A stretch of 62,952 nt of DNA, the filler included, from Octopus bimaculoides (lineage: Eukaryota), in NCBI RefSeq assembly GCF_001194135.2. It is 7 parts of 7 records of this genome, joined end to end, with 100 filler letters (N's around TTAATTAATTAA, not from the genome) between each part and the next. Parts side by side here need not be neighbours in the genome. Positions count along the whole stretch, not along the records: positions 35,218 to 53,808 come from NC_068995.1; 6 more parts are not named here. One strand, 5' to 3'. Positions 38,200 through 51,866 of this stretch are shown in pieces. Numbering within the stretch: the stretch's first letter is position 1; each line of letters starts with the position of its first letter. A program made the translations under genes and the position numbers. Under the pieces are notes generated by a model that saw only the letters and a list, made by a program, of their open reading frames with translations, ran no database searches and was not told the DNA's origin.

Positions 38200-38345
38200 T
38201 TTTTATTTCAAAATTTCCGTTAGTAATTTTTTCAATTCTTCAAGTGACAAAAACCGGAAGTTCATCAGCAAGTGACCGGAAACAGCGCCATATAATTCTT
38301 GTTATATTGTGATCGAAACGTTTTTGTTAGATTTCTGAGGTATCT
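38200..38345. promoter_or_regulatory. Candidate promoter (ETS and YY1-like motifs in CpG-retaining unique DNA)
   Basis: ACCGGAAGT at 38253-38261, ACCGGAAAC at 38275-38283, GCGCCATAT immediately after; GAG|GTATCT possible donor near 38340. Confidence 0.3.
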
Positions 38346-38469
38346 GCTTATTTTAAAAGGAGCGCAGTCGAAGTCTTGGCGGTATTTCATTGAATTTGGT
38401 GCTGTTAAAGAAATGCAGGAAGTAACACAAGGAACTTAAGAAGATTTACATTAATTTAAGGTAAAATTA

Positions 38470-38665
38470 GAGTCGTTAGCATGCCGGACAAAATGTTTAG
38501 CAGCGTTTCTTTCGGTCTTATGTCCTGGGTTGAAATTCTGCCGAGTTTGACTTTACATTTTAACCTTTAAGGTCTGATAAAATAAGTACCAGTTGAGCAC
38601 CGGAGTCGATGTAGGCCACGAATCCCCTCCTCCATAACTTTAGGCTTTGTGCCTATAGCTTAAAG
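38470..38665 (+). mobile_element. SINE-A
   Basis: GTCGTTAGCATGCCGGACAAAATG...GATAAAATAAGTACCAGTTGAGCAC...GGCTTTGTGCCTATAG. Confidence 0.8.
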
Positions 38666-38799
38666 AATTACTTTAGGTAAAATTCAGAATACTTTTGAAC
38701 CATTTACTTGTCTCACTCATTGGATTACGGCCTTGATTACTCATTGGATTACCGCCTTGAAAAGTTTAGTCAAACAAATTGACTCTAGTACTTTCTTTT

Positions 38800-39105
38800 G
38801 AAGTCTGATACTGGCTTTATCGATCTTTTTTAGGGCCGCTAAGTTATGGAGATGTAAATAGATCAACACCGGCAGTCAAGCAGTGGTGGGAGACAAACAC
38901 AAAGGCACACGTACATATTATACACACACATACACTCTCCCCACACATATACACTCACACACAGATACACACGCATATACAATGAACTTCCGTACAGTTT
39001 CCGTCTACCAAATTCACTCACGAATTTCATCCTGTAGCTGGAGTAGAATACACTTTGCCAAGGTGCCGCGCAGTGGTACTGAACACGAAATCACGCGGCT
39101 TGTAA
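38800..39105 (-). mobile_element. Composite SINE C+B
   Basis: Reverse order: B' (CCGCTAAGTTA..GGAGATGTAAA), (CA)n-like tract, C' (GTTTCCGTCTACCAAATTCACTCAC...CCAAGGTGCCGCGCAGTGG). Confidence 0.78.
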
Positions 39106-40399
39106 AGTGAGTTGCTGATAAAAAAACTTTAATGTTTATTTATGTATTGTTTATTCTGCGAATAACACTTTAAATAATGTTTAGTGATGTATATATTCTG
39201 TGGATTAAAAAAAATGGCTGCGATGATGAATTTAGCGACGCTGTATATTTCACGTTGTGCTTATTTTGCGACGGAGTTAACCAGGTAATGAAATTACAGT
39301 CAATCTATTAAACGTGATGTAATTAGGCTTAATGAATTTATCGCAATGATAAATTACCGAACACCGTCTGAAGGTAACATATCCCCGCTTCCTCCCCGCC
39401 AGTCACAGAGGTTCTGACAAAGGTCTCGCTTCACCACTTCCACCTCTTGAATAAAGCAATAAAAAAAAATTGAAATAAAGAAGAGATCAACTTAACAAGA
39501 CCTCTCTCTTCGCACGGGTGATTTCGAGACACTCGTAAATCATTCAATGTTCCCTCTAATTACACTTGCAGACAGCAACTACCTCAATATCTATTTATAC
39601 TTTAGTGAATTGAAACAGCTGTAAATCTCATTAATACTTAAATAGTTTCCAGGAATATTTCTCTATACAGTGTTACAATACCTCTAACAGTTCACAAAAC
39701 CTTCATTTTCCCCCACTTTTCTCACTTCTAACTGATGACAATCACAGAGTTAAGTTTGATTAAATATTTATTAATTTCAATACATTTAAAACAAAAATAT
39801 AATAAAACAAATCAACAAATCTCGAAAATAATAAAAAAAGTGATTGATTAGTAAATCATTATTTCATTACAATTATCATATTACCAATAAAAGCGTCTCG
39901 TAATGTTGCATATTAAATATACAAACGGTATATTTTTTCTCTCTCTCTCTCTTCAAATCGAATGAGCAGACGATAACATGATTAAATTACAACTGGTTGG
40001 ATGGAATGAGATAAAAACAACACGGCGACAGTTATTGAGTAAACACTAGTTCTGTAGAGGGAAGTTTGTGTGTTACATCAGTTAATTACTAACATTATAT
40101 ATATATATATATATATATATATNNNNNNNNNNNNNNNNNNNNNNNNNNNATATATATAAGTATGTATGTATTTATATATATGTATAGTGTTGTGGTCTTT
40201 ACTATTTGTTTTTATTCCTGAGTAAATAATGATGCCGCGTTAAGGCTTTTAATTAAGTGAAACTATCTTAAACAACACAAAATACACATTACACAATTTA
40301 ATCAATTACAACGACAACGACGACGACGACCACCACTGCTAGTACTTGATATTATTATTATTATTATTATCATTATTATTATTATTAGTGGAATAGAAC

Positions 40400-40560
40400 G
40401 GTTGGTGAGCTGGCAGAGTTGTTAGCATACAGAAAAAAATGGTTAACAGCATTTCTTCTGGCTATACGTTCTGAGTTCAAATTCCGACGAGGTCGACTTT
40501 ACTTTTCATCCTTTCGGGGCCCATAAAACAAGTACCTGTTGAGCTCAGGGGTCGATGTTA
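40400..40560 (+). mobile_element. SINE-A
   Basis: GGTGAGCTGGCAGAGTTGTTAGC...GAGTTCAAATTCCGACGAGGTCGACTTT...GGGGTCGATGT. Confidence 0.85.
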
Positions 40561-41509
40561 CTTGTCTTGTTTTCCATTCATATCTCTTGTCTTTTGCATA
40601 CTCAACGTTATTTTCCTATTTCATGTTTGTTTACGTTTTGTGACGTCCTATACCCATATATGCATAGCTATATACATATATACGCATGTATGTACATATG
40701 TGTGTCTACATATGCATATATATAATAATATAGAGTAAGATTAATTAATTCATTAATCACTTAATTAATTGATTAATAATTAATAATTTTACCAAGTGGT
40801 CAGTACGTTACAATAACCTTCATAGGTGAATTATACAAAATATTCTATAATTATATGCATAAATATAATTATAATCAGGGGTCAGCTAATTGTTTCGCCA
40901 CGTACCGAAATTAGAAATAGAAGCTAATGCCATTAGCTTCTATTTCTAATTTCGGTNNNNNNNNNNNNNNNNNNNNNNNNNNNNNNNNNNNNNNNNNNNN
41001 NNNNNNNNNNNNNNNNNNNNNNNNNNNNNNNNNNNNNNNNNNNNNNNNNNNNNNNNNNNNNNNNNNNNNNNNNNNNNNNNNNNNNNNNNNNNNNNNNNNN
41101 NNNNNNNNNNNNNNNNNNNNNNNNNNNNNNNNNNNNNNNNNNNNNNNNNNNNNNNNNNNNNNNNNNNNNNNNNNNNNNNNNNNNNNNNNNNNNNNNNNNN
41201 NNNNNNNNNNNNNNNNNNNNNNNNNNNNNNNNNNNNNNNNNNNNNNNNNNNNNNNNNNNNNNNNNNNNNNNNNNNNNNNNNNNNNNNNNNNNNNNNNNNN
41301 NNNNNNNNNNNNNNNNNNNNNNNNNNNNNNNNNNNNNNNNNNNNNNNNNNNNNNNNNNNNNNNNNNNNNNNNNNNNNNNNNNNNNNNNNNNNNNNNNNNN
41401 NNNNNNNNNNNNNNNNNNNNNNNNNNNNNNNNNNNNNNNNATCATAACCAGAACAGGGATATTCTAAAATTGCTCTGTCTCTGTCTCTTTGTCTGTGCAT
41501 CTCTTTGCC

Positions 41510-41566
<57 letters not shown>

Positions 41567-42389
41567 CTCTATCTTTTCCTCCTCCCTCGCCGCCTTCACC
41601 TGATAAACATGCTAAAACAAGACCGTTGCCTAACGCCGCCGCCGACGACGACGACGACCACCACCACCACCACCATGGAGAAAAATTTATCATGCCAGTC
41701 TCTCTGTTATAAATGAGAAGAGATTTTATTGTCAGCCACCCCCACCCCATCATTCGTTTTAACGAAGAACAAATAAATTTATTGTCGGCCATTACAAAAT
41801 GGTCGCTGTTCCAATGAGAACAAGAAGAACAACAACAGCATCCAACAACAACACAACAACAACGACAACAACAACACAACAACGACGACAACAACAACAA
41901 CAGCAGCAGCTACGACGAGCTTTTTGCTTGTTATTCCTCTGAACCTGGTTGCGTTCGTTTATTGTTGATCCACACAATGGTCTGTAGTCTGTTATGACTT
42001 GTCTTTTATACACTATCGTTATTCTATTATTCTATCATGCTATTATTCTGCAGTTCTATAACGTGTTTCAGTCACTGAACCTCGGCCATGCTGGGGCACT
42101 ACCTCCTGAGTAAGGTTAGACATCGTAAAAAGATGTGCCTGCTTTAAAGACAGAAAGTACCGTCTTGTCAAGGAACCGAACGCATGACCTTATGGTCGAG
42201 AACGCAATACTTTAACCATTACGCTATGTGCCCTTCGGTGAGTATTCTTGAGAGAATCTAAGCAAAGATCATTAATTTATTTTCTCGGAGTTCCATGAGA
42301 AGCAATTTGCAATCGAATCATCTACGTGTTTGCTTTGTTTCAAAGTAACACATTTTACACACGCACACGTACACACGCGCGCACACACG

Positions 42390-42432
<43 letters not shown>

Positions 42433-42810
42433 NNNNNNNNNNNNNNNNNNNNNNNNNNNNNNNNNNNNNNNNNNNNNNNNNNNNNNNNNNNNNNNNNNNN
42501 NNNNNNNNNNNNNNNNNNNNNNNNNNNNNNNNNNNNNNNNNNNNNNNNNNNNNNNNNNNNNNNNNNNNNNNNNNNNNNNNNNNNNNNNNNNNNNNNNNNN
42601 NNNNNNNNNNNNNNNNNNNNNNNNNNNNNNNNNNNNNNNNNNNNNNNNNNNNNNNNNNNNNNNNNNNNNNNNNNNNNNNNNNNNNNNNNNNNNNNNNNNN
42701 NNNNNNNNNNNNNNNNNNNNNNNNNNNNNNNNNNNNNNNNNNNNNNNNNNNNNNNNNNNNNNNNNNNNNNNNNNNNNNNNNNNNNNNNNNNNNNNNNNNN
42801 NNNNNNNNNN

Positions 42811-42842
<32 letters not shown>

Positions 42843-43419
42843 GTTCATGCACATGCAGACCACACATATACGCACACACACAAACACGCTTATACACACG
42901 GACATCACATACATACATACATACATACACACGTACATACATACGTACATGCATACAGATACAAACTCTCACAAACACATCGAAAGACAAACATACACAC
43001 ACATTTACACACCACCACACACATACACACACACACACGTACACACACCTCCACACGCACGCCAAACATGAACAGACAAGAGATACTGCAGAAGCAATTT
43101 ATTCTCGCCACCAACAATCACAAGTTATTGTTACAAACCTTGCGTTGCATTGACCGGGAAATTTACGATGTTTATTATTATATTGGGAAGAAAATATAAG
43201 CAAATTCCAGAGAGACCAGACCATTTTTTGCTCAAAACGAACATCATGAAACAAAATGGACGTCGACATCGTTATGTGGTTAAGAAATTCACTTCACAAA
43301 TATGTGGTTCCGTGACTTGAGTCTACAACCAAAGCATTATGGCTGAAGTTTGGAGACCGTAGACGGCGTAGAAAAACCGTCGGAGGGAGCATCCTGTTTC
43401 TCATTGACACACATAAGGA

Positions 43420-43733
43420 GCTGGTTACGACGATGAGTGTTCTAGCAGAGCCGCTTAACAGAACAGCATCCTCATGAAATTAACATGCAAGTGGCTGAGT
43501 ACTCCGCAGACACGCGTACCCTTAACGTAGTTCTCAGGAAGATTCAGTGTGACACAGAATGTGATAAAGCTGGCCCCTTTGAAATAACAGGTACAACTCT
43601 TTTTTGCCAGCTGAATGGACAGAAGCAACATGAAATAATGTGTCTCGTTCAACGACACAATGCACCGCCAGGAATCGAACTCACGACCGTACGATTGTGG
43701 GCCGAATACCTTAACCTCTAAGCCACGCACCCT
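43420..43733 (-). mobile_element. SINE-D2
   Basis: Reverse complement of 51552-51866, including the tRNA-like head (CAGGAATCGAACTCACGACC...TTAACCTCTAAGCCACGCACC). Confidence 0.85.
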
Positions 43734-44090
43734 CTCTAACTGCCCGGTTTAACACCACCAGTTAGTTCGTGGGTATTCGACTGAGGGCCGTGAGGTTGTG
43801 AGTTTGTTTCATGAGTTCGTTTCTTGCATTGTGTCATTGAGCAAGATACTTCATATCACACTGTTCTTGTCTACTCAACAGCTGCGGTGCTGTTGCAACA
43901 TTCCTCCTCCTTCTCCTCCTCCACTACCACATTCTGGATGTTTTACCGTTGTCAAGGGTGACGGCGAGCTGTGAAAATGTCTGTTTAAGCTCGCAGCTTC
44001 ATAAGCACCTAAAACGATTAGAGAAAGCACGGTACATACTGGTCTCCAATTTTGGCACAAGGCCAACAATTTCGTAGTAGCGGGGGTGGG

Positions 44091-44760
44091 GTTTCTACTA
44101 TAGGCACAAGCCTTAATCAAGGTACAGATTCCTTTCTACTATAGGCACAAGACCTTAAGCAAGGTACAGATTCCTTTCTACTATAGGCACAAGANNNNNN
44201 NNNNNNNNNNNNNNNNNNNNNNNNNNNNNNNNNNNNNNNNNNNNNNNNNNNNNNNNNNNNNNNNNNNNNNNNNNNNNNNNNNNNNNNNNNNNNNNNNNNN
44301 NNNNNNNNNNNNNNNNNNNNNNNNNNNNNNNNNNNNNNNNNNNNNNNNNNNNNNNNNNNNNNNNNNNNNNNNNNNNNNNNNNNNNNNNNNNNNNNNNNNN
44401 NNNNNNNNNNNNNNNNNNNNNNNNNNNNNNNNNNNNNNNNNNNNNNNNNNNNNNNNNNNNNNNNNNNNNNNNNNNNNNNNNNNNNNNNNNNNNNNNNNNN
44501 NNNNNNNNNNNNNNNNNNNNNNNNNNNNNNNNNNNNNNNNNNNNNNNNNNATTCCTTTCTACTATAGGCACAAGACCTTAATCAAGGTACAGATTCCTTT
44601 CTACTATAGGCACAAGACCTTAATCAAGGTACAGATTCCTTTCTACTATAGGCACAAGACCTTAATCAAGGTACAGATTCCTTTCTACTATAGGCACAAG
44701 ACCTTAAGCAAGGTACAGATTCCTTTCTACTATAGGCACAAGACCTTAAGCAAGGTGCAT
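44091..44760 (+). repeat. 42-bp minisatellite spanning a 356-N gap
   Basis: Unit ATTCCTTTCTACTATAGGCACAAGACCTTAA(T/G)CAAGGTACAG with starts at 44551, 44593, 44635, etc. Near-identical units on both sides of the gap. Confidence 0.95.
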
Positions 44761-45358
44761 ATTATCAGGTAATACCTGCGAGTTATGGCTGACAGCATAT
44801 TTTAGATTGGATCAAACATGACATTTTTATCTCTTTGCTTTTAATCAAGCATTGTGTACCTAAGACTATATTATCAAATTGGTTCTTCTTTTTATATCTA
44901 AGTTGGTAAGCCCCAGGTCTAAGAATAACTTGTTTGTTTCCTCTAATCAGTCTCCGAGACATTAAAATGTGTGATGGGCGCTGTACCTCCTCCGCAACTA
45001 TGTCATCAAAGTGAAGAAATTGTCTGCCTAAATCTTTACAAATGAAATAAAAGCCGTCATTATTAAATTATAAACAATTCATTTTAACTTCGACTGAGTT
45101 CCAACTACTTCGCAGATGAAAACAGAATCATTAGAACATTCTAAAATTGGTAAAGATCGATAAGTGTTCAATTAAAATTAAAAAACAAAAACCAACTAAA
45201 ACAGAAAATCGAAATACAAATATTTTGATGCCTGAAACAATTTTAATTTTTTAGTGTCTGTAAAATAGTTTAAGATATATATCAGATGTGGAGGTCTCGT
45301 CTTGAGAGTGTCCTATACGTACATACATACATACATACATACATATAGAAATAAACAC

Positions 45359-45408
<50 letters not shown>

Positions 45409-46403
45409 TGATCTATCAATCTAAGCTGACTTTGCACGGTTAAAACGTACAGCGGGCTATGGAGAAAAACTTATAAAAAATCTTATATTAGCAGCACGTT
45501 CATTATTTTAGATCCAAGGGCTAGTGCAATAGCACTTCTCTTTCGAAGTACATTTAGTATTTAAAAGATAGAGAAGGAAGACACCATACAGTAAAATAGA
45601 AACTTTTTCTTAAGACATGGACAAATAGTTAAGAAATTCGCTTTGCAATCATGACATCACACGTTCGATCCTGCAGTATGATATCTGGAGAAGTGTGTTT
45701 TTACAAGCCTTAATGCAATCCAAGCCTTGTAAATGAAGTTATATAGGCATAAACTGTGTAAGAAGCCTATAAGCACTGCATCTGTAATTCAAAAACCCAG
45801 CCTTGTTAGACTGTAACGCGGAAATTGTCTGATCATTCCGCTAAAAATACTTGTGCCTGTGGAATTGTCAGCTGCTTACCCACCAATGTAAAGAGGCGTG
45901 GCCTAGTGGTCAATGCTTTCGGTTCATGGTCATAAGATCGTAGGTTCGATTCCCAGATCACAAGGTGCGTTATATTTTTAAGCAAGATGCTTCCTTTGGT
46001 GTTGCTTCACTCGACTCAGTTGTAATGAATACCAGCTGAGTGCCGCTGCTTCCCCCCTCTCTCTCTCTAGCTGCCACATCTTAGACATGCAATTGGCTCA
46101 AGAGGGAAGAAACACGAGAGAGTGCCAATGTCTGCTCGAAACTACACAGACACCGAAACCTATTTGCAAAAGCGTGAGGCCTGTTACAAGGTCATACTCG
46201 CTCGCGGATGTTGGATGGCTGCACTTTGTGGAGTTATGTTACACACACACACACGTATATACATATTTGAGTGGCTGTGTTTATGTGTGTGCGTGTTTGT
46301 GTATCTATGTAGTTCTTGAGTGGGTGTATGTGCATTAACACAGGTTTTCTCGCATTTGGGCCCCCTCTCTCATAATAAATATATATACATATCTATACAC
46401 ACG

Positions 46404-46443
<40 letters not shown>

Positions 46444-46742
46444 NNNNNNNNNNNNNNNNNNNNNNNNNNNNNNNNNNNNNNNNNNNNNNNNNNNNNNNNN
46501 NNNNNNNNNNNNNNNNNNNNNNNNNNNNNNNNNNNNNNNNNNNNNNNNNNNNNNNNNNNNNNNNNNNNNNNNNNNNNNNNNNNNNNNNNNNNNNNNNNNN
46601 NNNNNNNNNNNNNNNNNNNNNNNNNNNNNNNNNNNNNNNNNNNNNNNNNNNNNNNNNNNNNNNNNNNNNNNNNNNNNNNNNNNNNNNNNNNNNNNNNNNN
46701 NNNNNNNNNNNNNNNNNNNNNNNNNNNNNNNNNNNNNNNNNN

Positions 46743-46809
<67 letters not shown>

Positions 46810-47115
46810 CACTTAAATGTGGTGTATTGATTTCTTTTTGGCCTGTGCAGTCTGTAGCAGTGGAAATTTTGTTATAGTTCGTTGCATTTCTTGCTGGATG
46901 TGTACTTAAACATAAACACCACTCCCCTTACACACATACACACACACAGACTCACACACATACACAGCTACACACGCACATATACACACACACATAGACA
47001 AACACAATGAACACACATATATCCACGCATACACACATATACACAAACAAACAAATATATATATACATACACGTACACACATATACACACATGTTCACAC
47101 ACACACATATGCACA

Positions 47116-47170
<55 letters not shown>

Positions 47171-47328
47171 ACACACGTACACACATATATACACATGCTC
47201 ACACACATAACACACACTCACATACACGTAGACATAGATATCTACATACGTATACACGCATAACACACACACACACATATACACCTACACACAGATATCT
47301 ATAAACATATACACACATGTTCACACAC

Positions 47329-47363
<35 letters not shown>

Positions 47364-47503
47364 CCACAAAATGTTGTTGTGGTAGTAGTATTATATCTAG
47401 TAGTATTTGTAGTAGTAGTACTAGTAGCGTTGGTGTGGTAGTAGTAGTAGTAGTAGTGGTGGTGGTGGTATTATTATTATTATTATCATTATTATTATTA
47501 TTA

Positions 47504-47552
<49 letters not shown>

Positions 47553-47620
47553 CATTATTATTATTATTATTATCATTATTATTATCATTATTATTATCAT
47601 TATTATTATTATTATTATTA

Positions 47621-47652
<32 letters not shown>

Positions 47653-48165
47653 GTGCGTATGTACTTCAGTGTGTGTATCTGTGTATAAATTTTGGCCATT
47701 ATGCGTGCATATATGTATGTAAGAATGTGTCATTGTGTGTGTTTGTTTATTGTGCATTTATAATGTGTTTGTGTGTGTCTGTGATGTATATGTTTATGTA
47801 CATGTCATATTTATGTGTGTGTGTATGCATGTGGGCGAATATGTTAATATAGTTTGGCGTGTGTGAATATATATATATATATATATATAGTCACGTGCGT
47901 GCGTCTACCTTCATATAATCCTCTGTGTGTGTTAGTGTACATAAATATAAGTTTTTCTGTAGGCATGTATATCTATTCAAATAGACTTGTGTGTGTGTAT
48001 GTGTGTGTGTGTGTGTGTGTAGGTGTATCTATATTTATTTTCATATGTCTGGGAATGTATTTTCATTTACATGGAAGTGTATATTTATTTATGTCTGTGT
48101 GTATTTCTGTAACAGCATATCTACATTTGTATGTATCTATACCCATCCATCCATCCATCCATCCA

Positions 48166-48246
<81 letters not shown>

Positions 48247-49844
48247 GTGTGTTTTGATTTGTTTCGTCTCTCAAGGCGATGTCATTGTGAAGGTCGTTCC
48301 CTACATTTTCCATCGATCTATCGATCGAATGATAGAATTGATTAATGAAAGCACTCGAATACAGATCTGAAACAGCTGTAAGCTTATAATAAATTAATGT
48401 ATATAACTCATTACTTCTCCCTATTTCATACATGACGTAGGCATGTGCTTCTCAACCATATGGTTCCGGGTTCAGTCCCACTGCGTGACACCTTGGGTAA
48501 GTGTCTTCTAGTATAACCTCGGACCGACCGATGCATTGTGAATGGATTTGGTAGATGGAAACTGGAAGAATTCCGTTGTATATATATATATATATGGTCT
48601 GGCATATGAATATGTGTATAATTATGCTACGTTGTACATGTATGCTTGTGTGTAAATATGTTGGCCTGTGTGCGTGCGCGTTTACATTTGATTGTTTGTA
48701 TGCATGTATGTTTGCATGTGTTTATATTTGTTTATGCGTTTTTATACTCATTCTAGTATGTGTATATACATATATGCATGTCTGTCTGTTTGTGTAAGTG
48801 TAGTTTAGTGTATATTCGTGCTTATGTCAGTATTTACCGTGTTGCTNNNNNNNNNNNNNNNNNNNNNNNNNNNNNNNNNNNNNNNNNNNNNNNNNNNNNN
48901 NNNNNNNNNNNNNNNNNNNNNNNNNNNNNNNNNNNNNNNNNNNNNNNNNNNNNNNNNNNNNNNNNNNNNNNNNNNNNNNNNNNNNNNNNNNNNNNNNNNN
49001 NNNNNNNNNNNNNNNNNNNNNNNNNNNNNNNNNNNNNNNNNNNNNNNNNNNNNNNNNNNNNNNNNNNNNNNNNNNNNNNNNNNNNNNNNNNNNNNNNNNN
49101 NNNNNNNNNNNNNNNNNNNNNNNNNNNNNNNNNNNNNNNNNNNNNNNNNNNNNNNNNNNNNNNNNNNNNNNNNNNNNNNNNNNNNNNNNNNNNNNNNNNN
49201 NNNNNNNNNNNNNNNNNNNNNNNNNNNATATATATATATGTATATATATATATATATGGTCTGGCATATGAATATGTGTATAATTATGCTACGTTGTACA
49301 TGTATGCTTGTGTGTAAATATGTTGGCCTGTGTGCGTGCGCGTTTACATTTGATTGTTTGTATGCATGTATGTTTGCATGTGTTTATATTTGTTTATGCG
49401 TTTTTATACTCATTCTAGTATGTGTATATACATATATGCATGTCTGTCTGTTTGTGTAAGTGTAGTTTAGTGTATATTCGTGCTTATGTCAGTATTTACC
49501 GTGTTGCTATATCTAGCAAATCAAACGACCAAGACTAGTTCCACACAGCTTTTGGTCTGTGATTGGTTGAACGCGTATAAAACCTAAATACGTAATTCCC
49601 TTTAGAACACGCTACTCTCTCAGAAGCAAAGTTTTGAGAAGATATCCATCCACTTTAGGATTTTCGTCTGTTAAACAATAAACAAGTTGGCACTTCCTTC
49701 CTGTTTATCATGGTTTCATTCTTGAGGAAATCTCTTCTACTGATTACCATCAAGCTTCCTTTCGTACTGACCAAGAATCTCATCATGTTCCAAATTAACT
49801 CNNNNNNNNNNACACACACGTTTTTACAACTATGTTTGTTTGTA

Positions 49845-49995
49845 ACAGACGCAAAGGCTCACGGCCAGGAATAGGAAGGCAGTGATCTAGCAGAGTAAAT
49901 CGATCTAAGTACTTTACAGGTACTTTAATTTGTCGACCGTGGAGAGATGAGAGAGAAATGCGACCTCGGCAGAATTTGAAGATAGAACGTAAAGA
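49845..49995 (-). mobile_element. SINE-A, decayed
   Basis: GGTACTTTAATTTGTCGACC...GACCTCGGCAGAATTTGAAGATAGAACGTAAAG. Confidence 0.7.
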
Positions 49996-50413
49996 GGTGG
50001 AACAAACTCCCTCCGCGAAAAGAGAGGGAAATGTGGAAAATGTATGCATAATCGACTAGTAAGGGTACGAATGATGCAGTTTTCCGGGCAGAGGGGACAA
50101 CCAGAGTAACCCCACAGGTCCAGGATTACCCTGACATCCAAAACTACAAGCTCTCACCCAAATATTATTCTCCAATTTACAGGCACGTGTTTAGTGTAGT
50201 TCCAGCACCCCACCCTTTGCCACACTCACCTACAGTTTCAGAAATTCACTGGGGCTGGAGGGGGACTTCTATTTCCATCCTCACTTTCCTTTTTCTAAGA
50301 ACTCGAAATAAGATGAGGGTTTCACCGAAGTGGGAGGCGCCCTAAATCCTTTCAGCCTCGTCCACAATGGCAACCTCTTTTGCCACGAGACATAAGAGCA
50401 ACAACTGCAGCTG

Positions 50414-50484
<71 letters not shown>

Positions 50485-51386
50485 AATACTACTGCTACTG
50501 CTGCTGCTGCTAATACTACTACTGCTACTGCTACTGNNNNNNNNNNNNNNNNNNNNNNNNNNNNNNNNNNNNNNNNNNNNNNNNNNNNNNNNNNNNNNNN
50601 NNNNNNNNNNNNNNNNNNNNNNNNNNNNNNNNNNNNNNNNNNNNNNNNNNNNNNNNNNNNNNNNNNNNNNNNNNNNNNNNNNNNNNNNNNNNNNNNNNNN
50701 NNNNNNNNNNNNNNNNNNNNNNNNNNNNNNNNNNNNNNNNNNNNNNNNNNNNNNNNNNNNNNNNNNNNNNNNNNNNNNNNNNNNNNNNNNNNNNNNNNNN
50801 NNNNNNNNNNNNNNNNNNNNNNNNNNNNNNNNNNNNNNNNNNNNNNNNNNNNNNNNNNNNNNNNNNNNNNNNNNNNNNNNNNNNNNNNNNNNNNNNNNNN
50901 NNNNNNNNNNNNNNNNNNNNNNNNNNNNNNNNNNNNNNNNNNNNNNNNNNNNNNNNNNNNNNNNNNNNNNNNNNNNNNNNNNNNNNNNNNNNNNNNNNNN
51001 NNNNNNNNNNNNNNNNNNNNNNNNNNNNNNNNNNNNNNNNNNNNNNNNNNNNNNNNNNNNNNNNNNNNNNNNNNNNNNNNNNNNNNNNNNNNNNNNNNNN
51101 NNNNNNNNNNNNNNNNNNNNNNNNNNNNNNNNNNNNNNNNNNNNNNNNNNNNNNNNNNNNNNNNNNNNNNNNNNNNNNNNNNNNNNNNNNNNNNNNNNNN
51201 NNNNNNNNNNNNNNNNNNNNNNNNNNNNNNNNNNNNNNNNNNNNNNNNNNNNNNNNNNNNNNNNNNNNNNNNNNNNNNNNNNNNNNNNNNNNNNNNNNNN
51301 NNNNNNNNNNNNNNNNNNNNNNNNNNNNNNNNNNNNNNNNNNNNNNNNNNNNNNNNNNNNNNNNNNNNNNNNNNNNNNNNNNNNNN

Positions 51387-51426
<40 letters not shown>

Positions 51427-51551
51427 CACACAAACACACACACACACACACACACACAAATATGCATGGACCTTGCGCAAGCGTCTTCAGCTATAGCCTC
51501 GGACCAACCAACGCCTTGTGAGTAGATTTGGTAGACGGAAACTCAAAGAAG

Positions 51552-51866
51552 CGTGTGCTTAATGGTTAGGATATTTGGCTTGAGATCGTAAGATTGCGAT
51601 TTCGAATCCCAACAGTGCGTCGTGTCCTGCAGCAAGAAACTTTATTTCATGTTGCTCTAGTCGACTCAGCTGGCAAAAGTGAGTTGTACCTGTATTTCAA
51701 GGGACCAGCCTTGTCACACCGTGTCACGCTGAACCTCCCTGAGAAGTATGGGAAGAGGTACGCGTGTCTGTGGAGTGCTCAGCCACTTGCACGTTAATCT
51801 CACGAGCAAGCTGTCCCGTTAATCGGATCAACTGGAGCCATCGTCGTCGTAAGCGACAGAGTCCCA
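51552..51866 (+). mobile_element. SINE family D2 (different head and middle, same 3' half as SINE-D)
   Basis: From GTACCTGTATTTCAAGGGACC onward it matches about 6478-6655; the 5' part differs. A second copy lies at 43420-43733 (-). Confidence 0.85.

Noticed and set aside
40904-40956. Perfect 26-bp-arm palindrome with 1-nt loop
   Set aside because: It ends exactly at a gap edge; most likely a fold-back chimeric read or gap-extension artefact.
48585-49506. ~260-bp exact direct duplication across a gap (also 5652-5739/5811-5898 and 17943-17982/17993-18032)
   Set aside because: Identical copies on either side of N runs are the usual sign of unmerged overlapping contig ends or haplotypes.
50225-50400. 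Strong minus-strand donor AG|GTGAGT near 50232
   Set aside because: All three upstream frames contain stops and no acceptor was evident.
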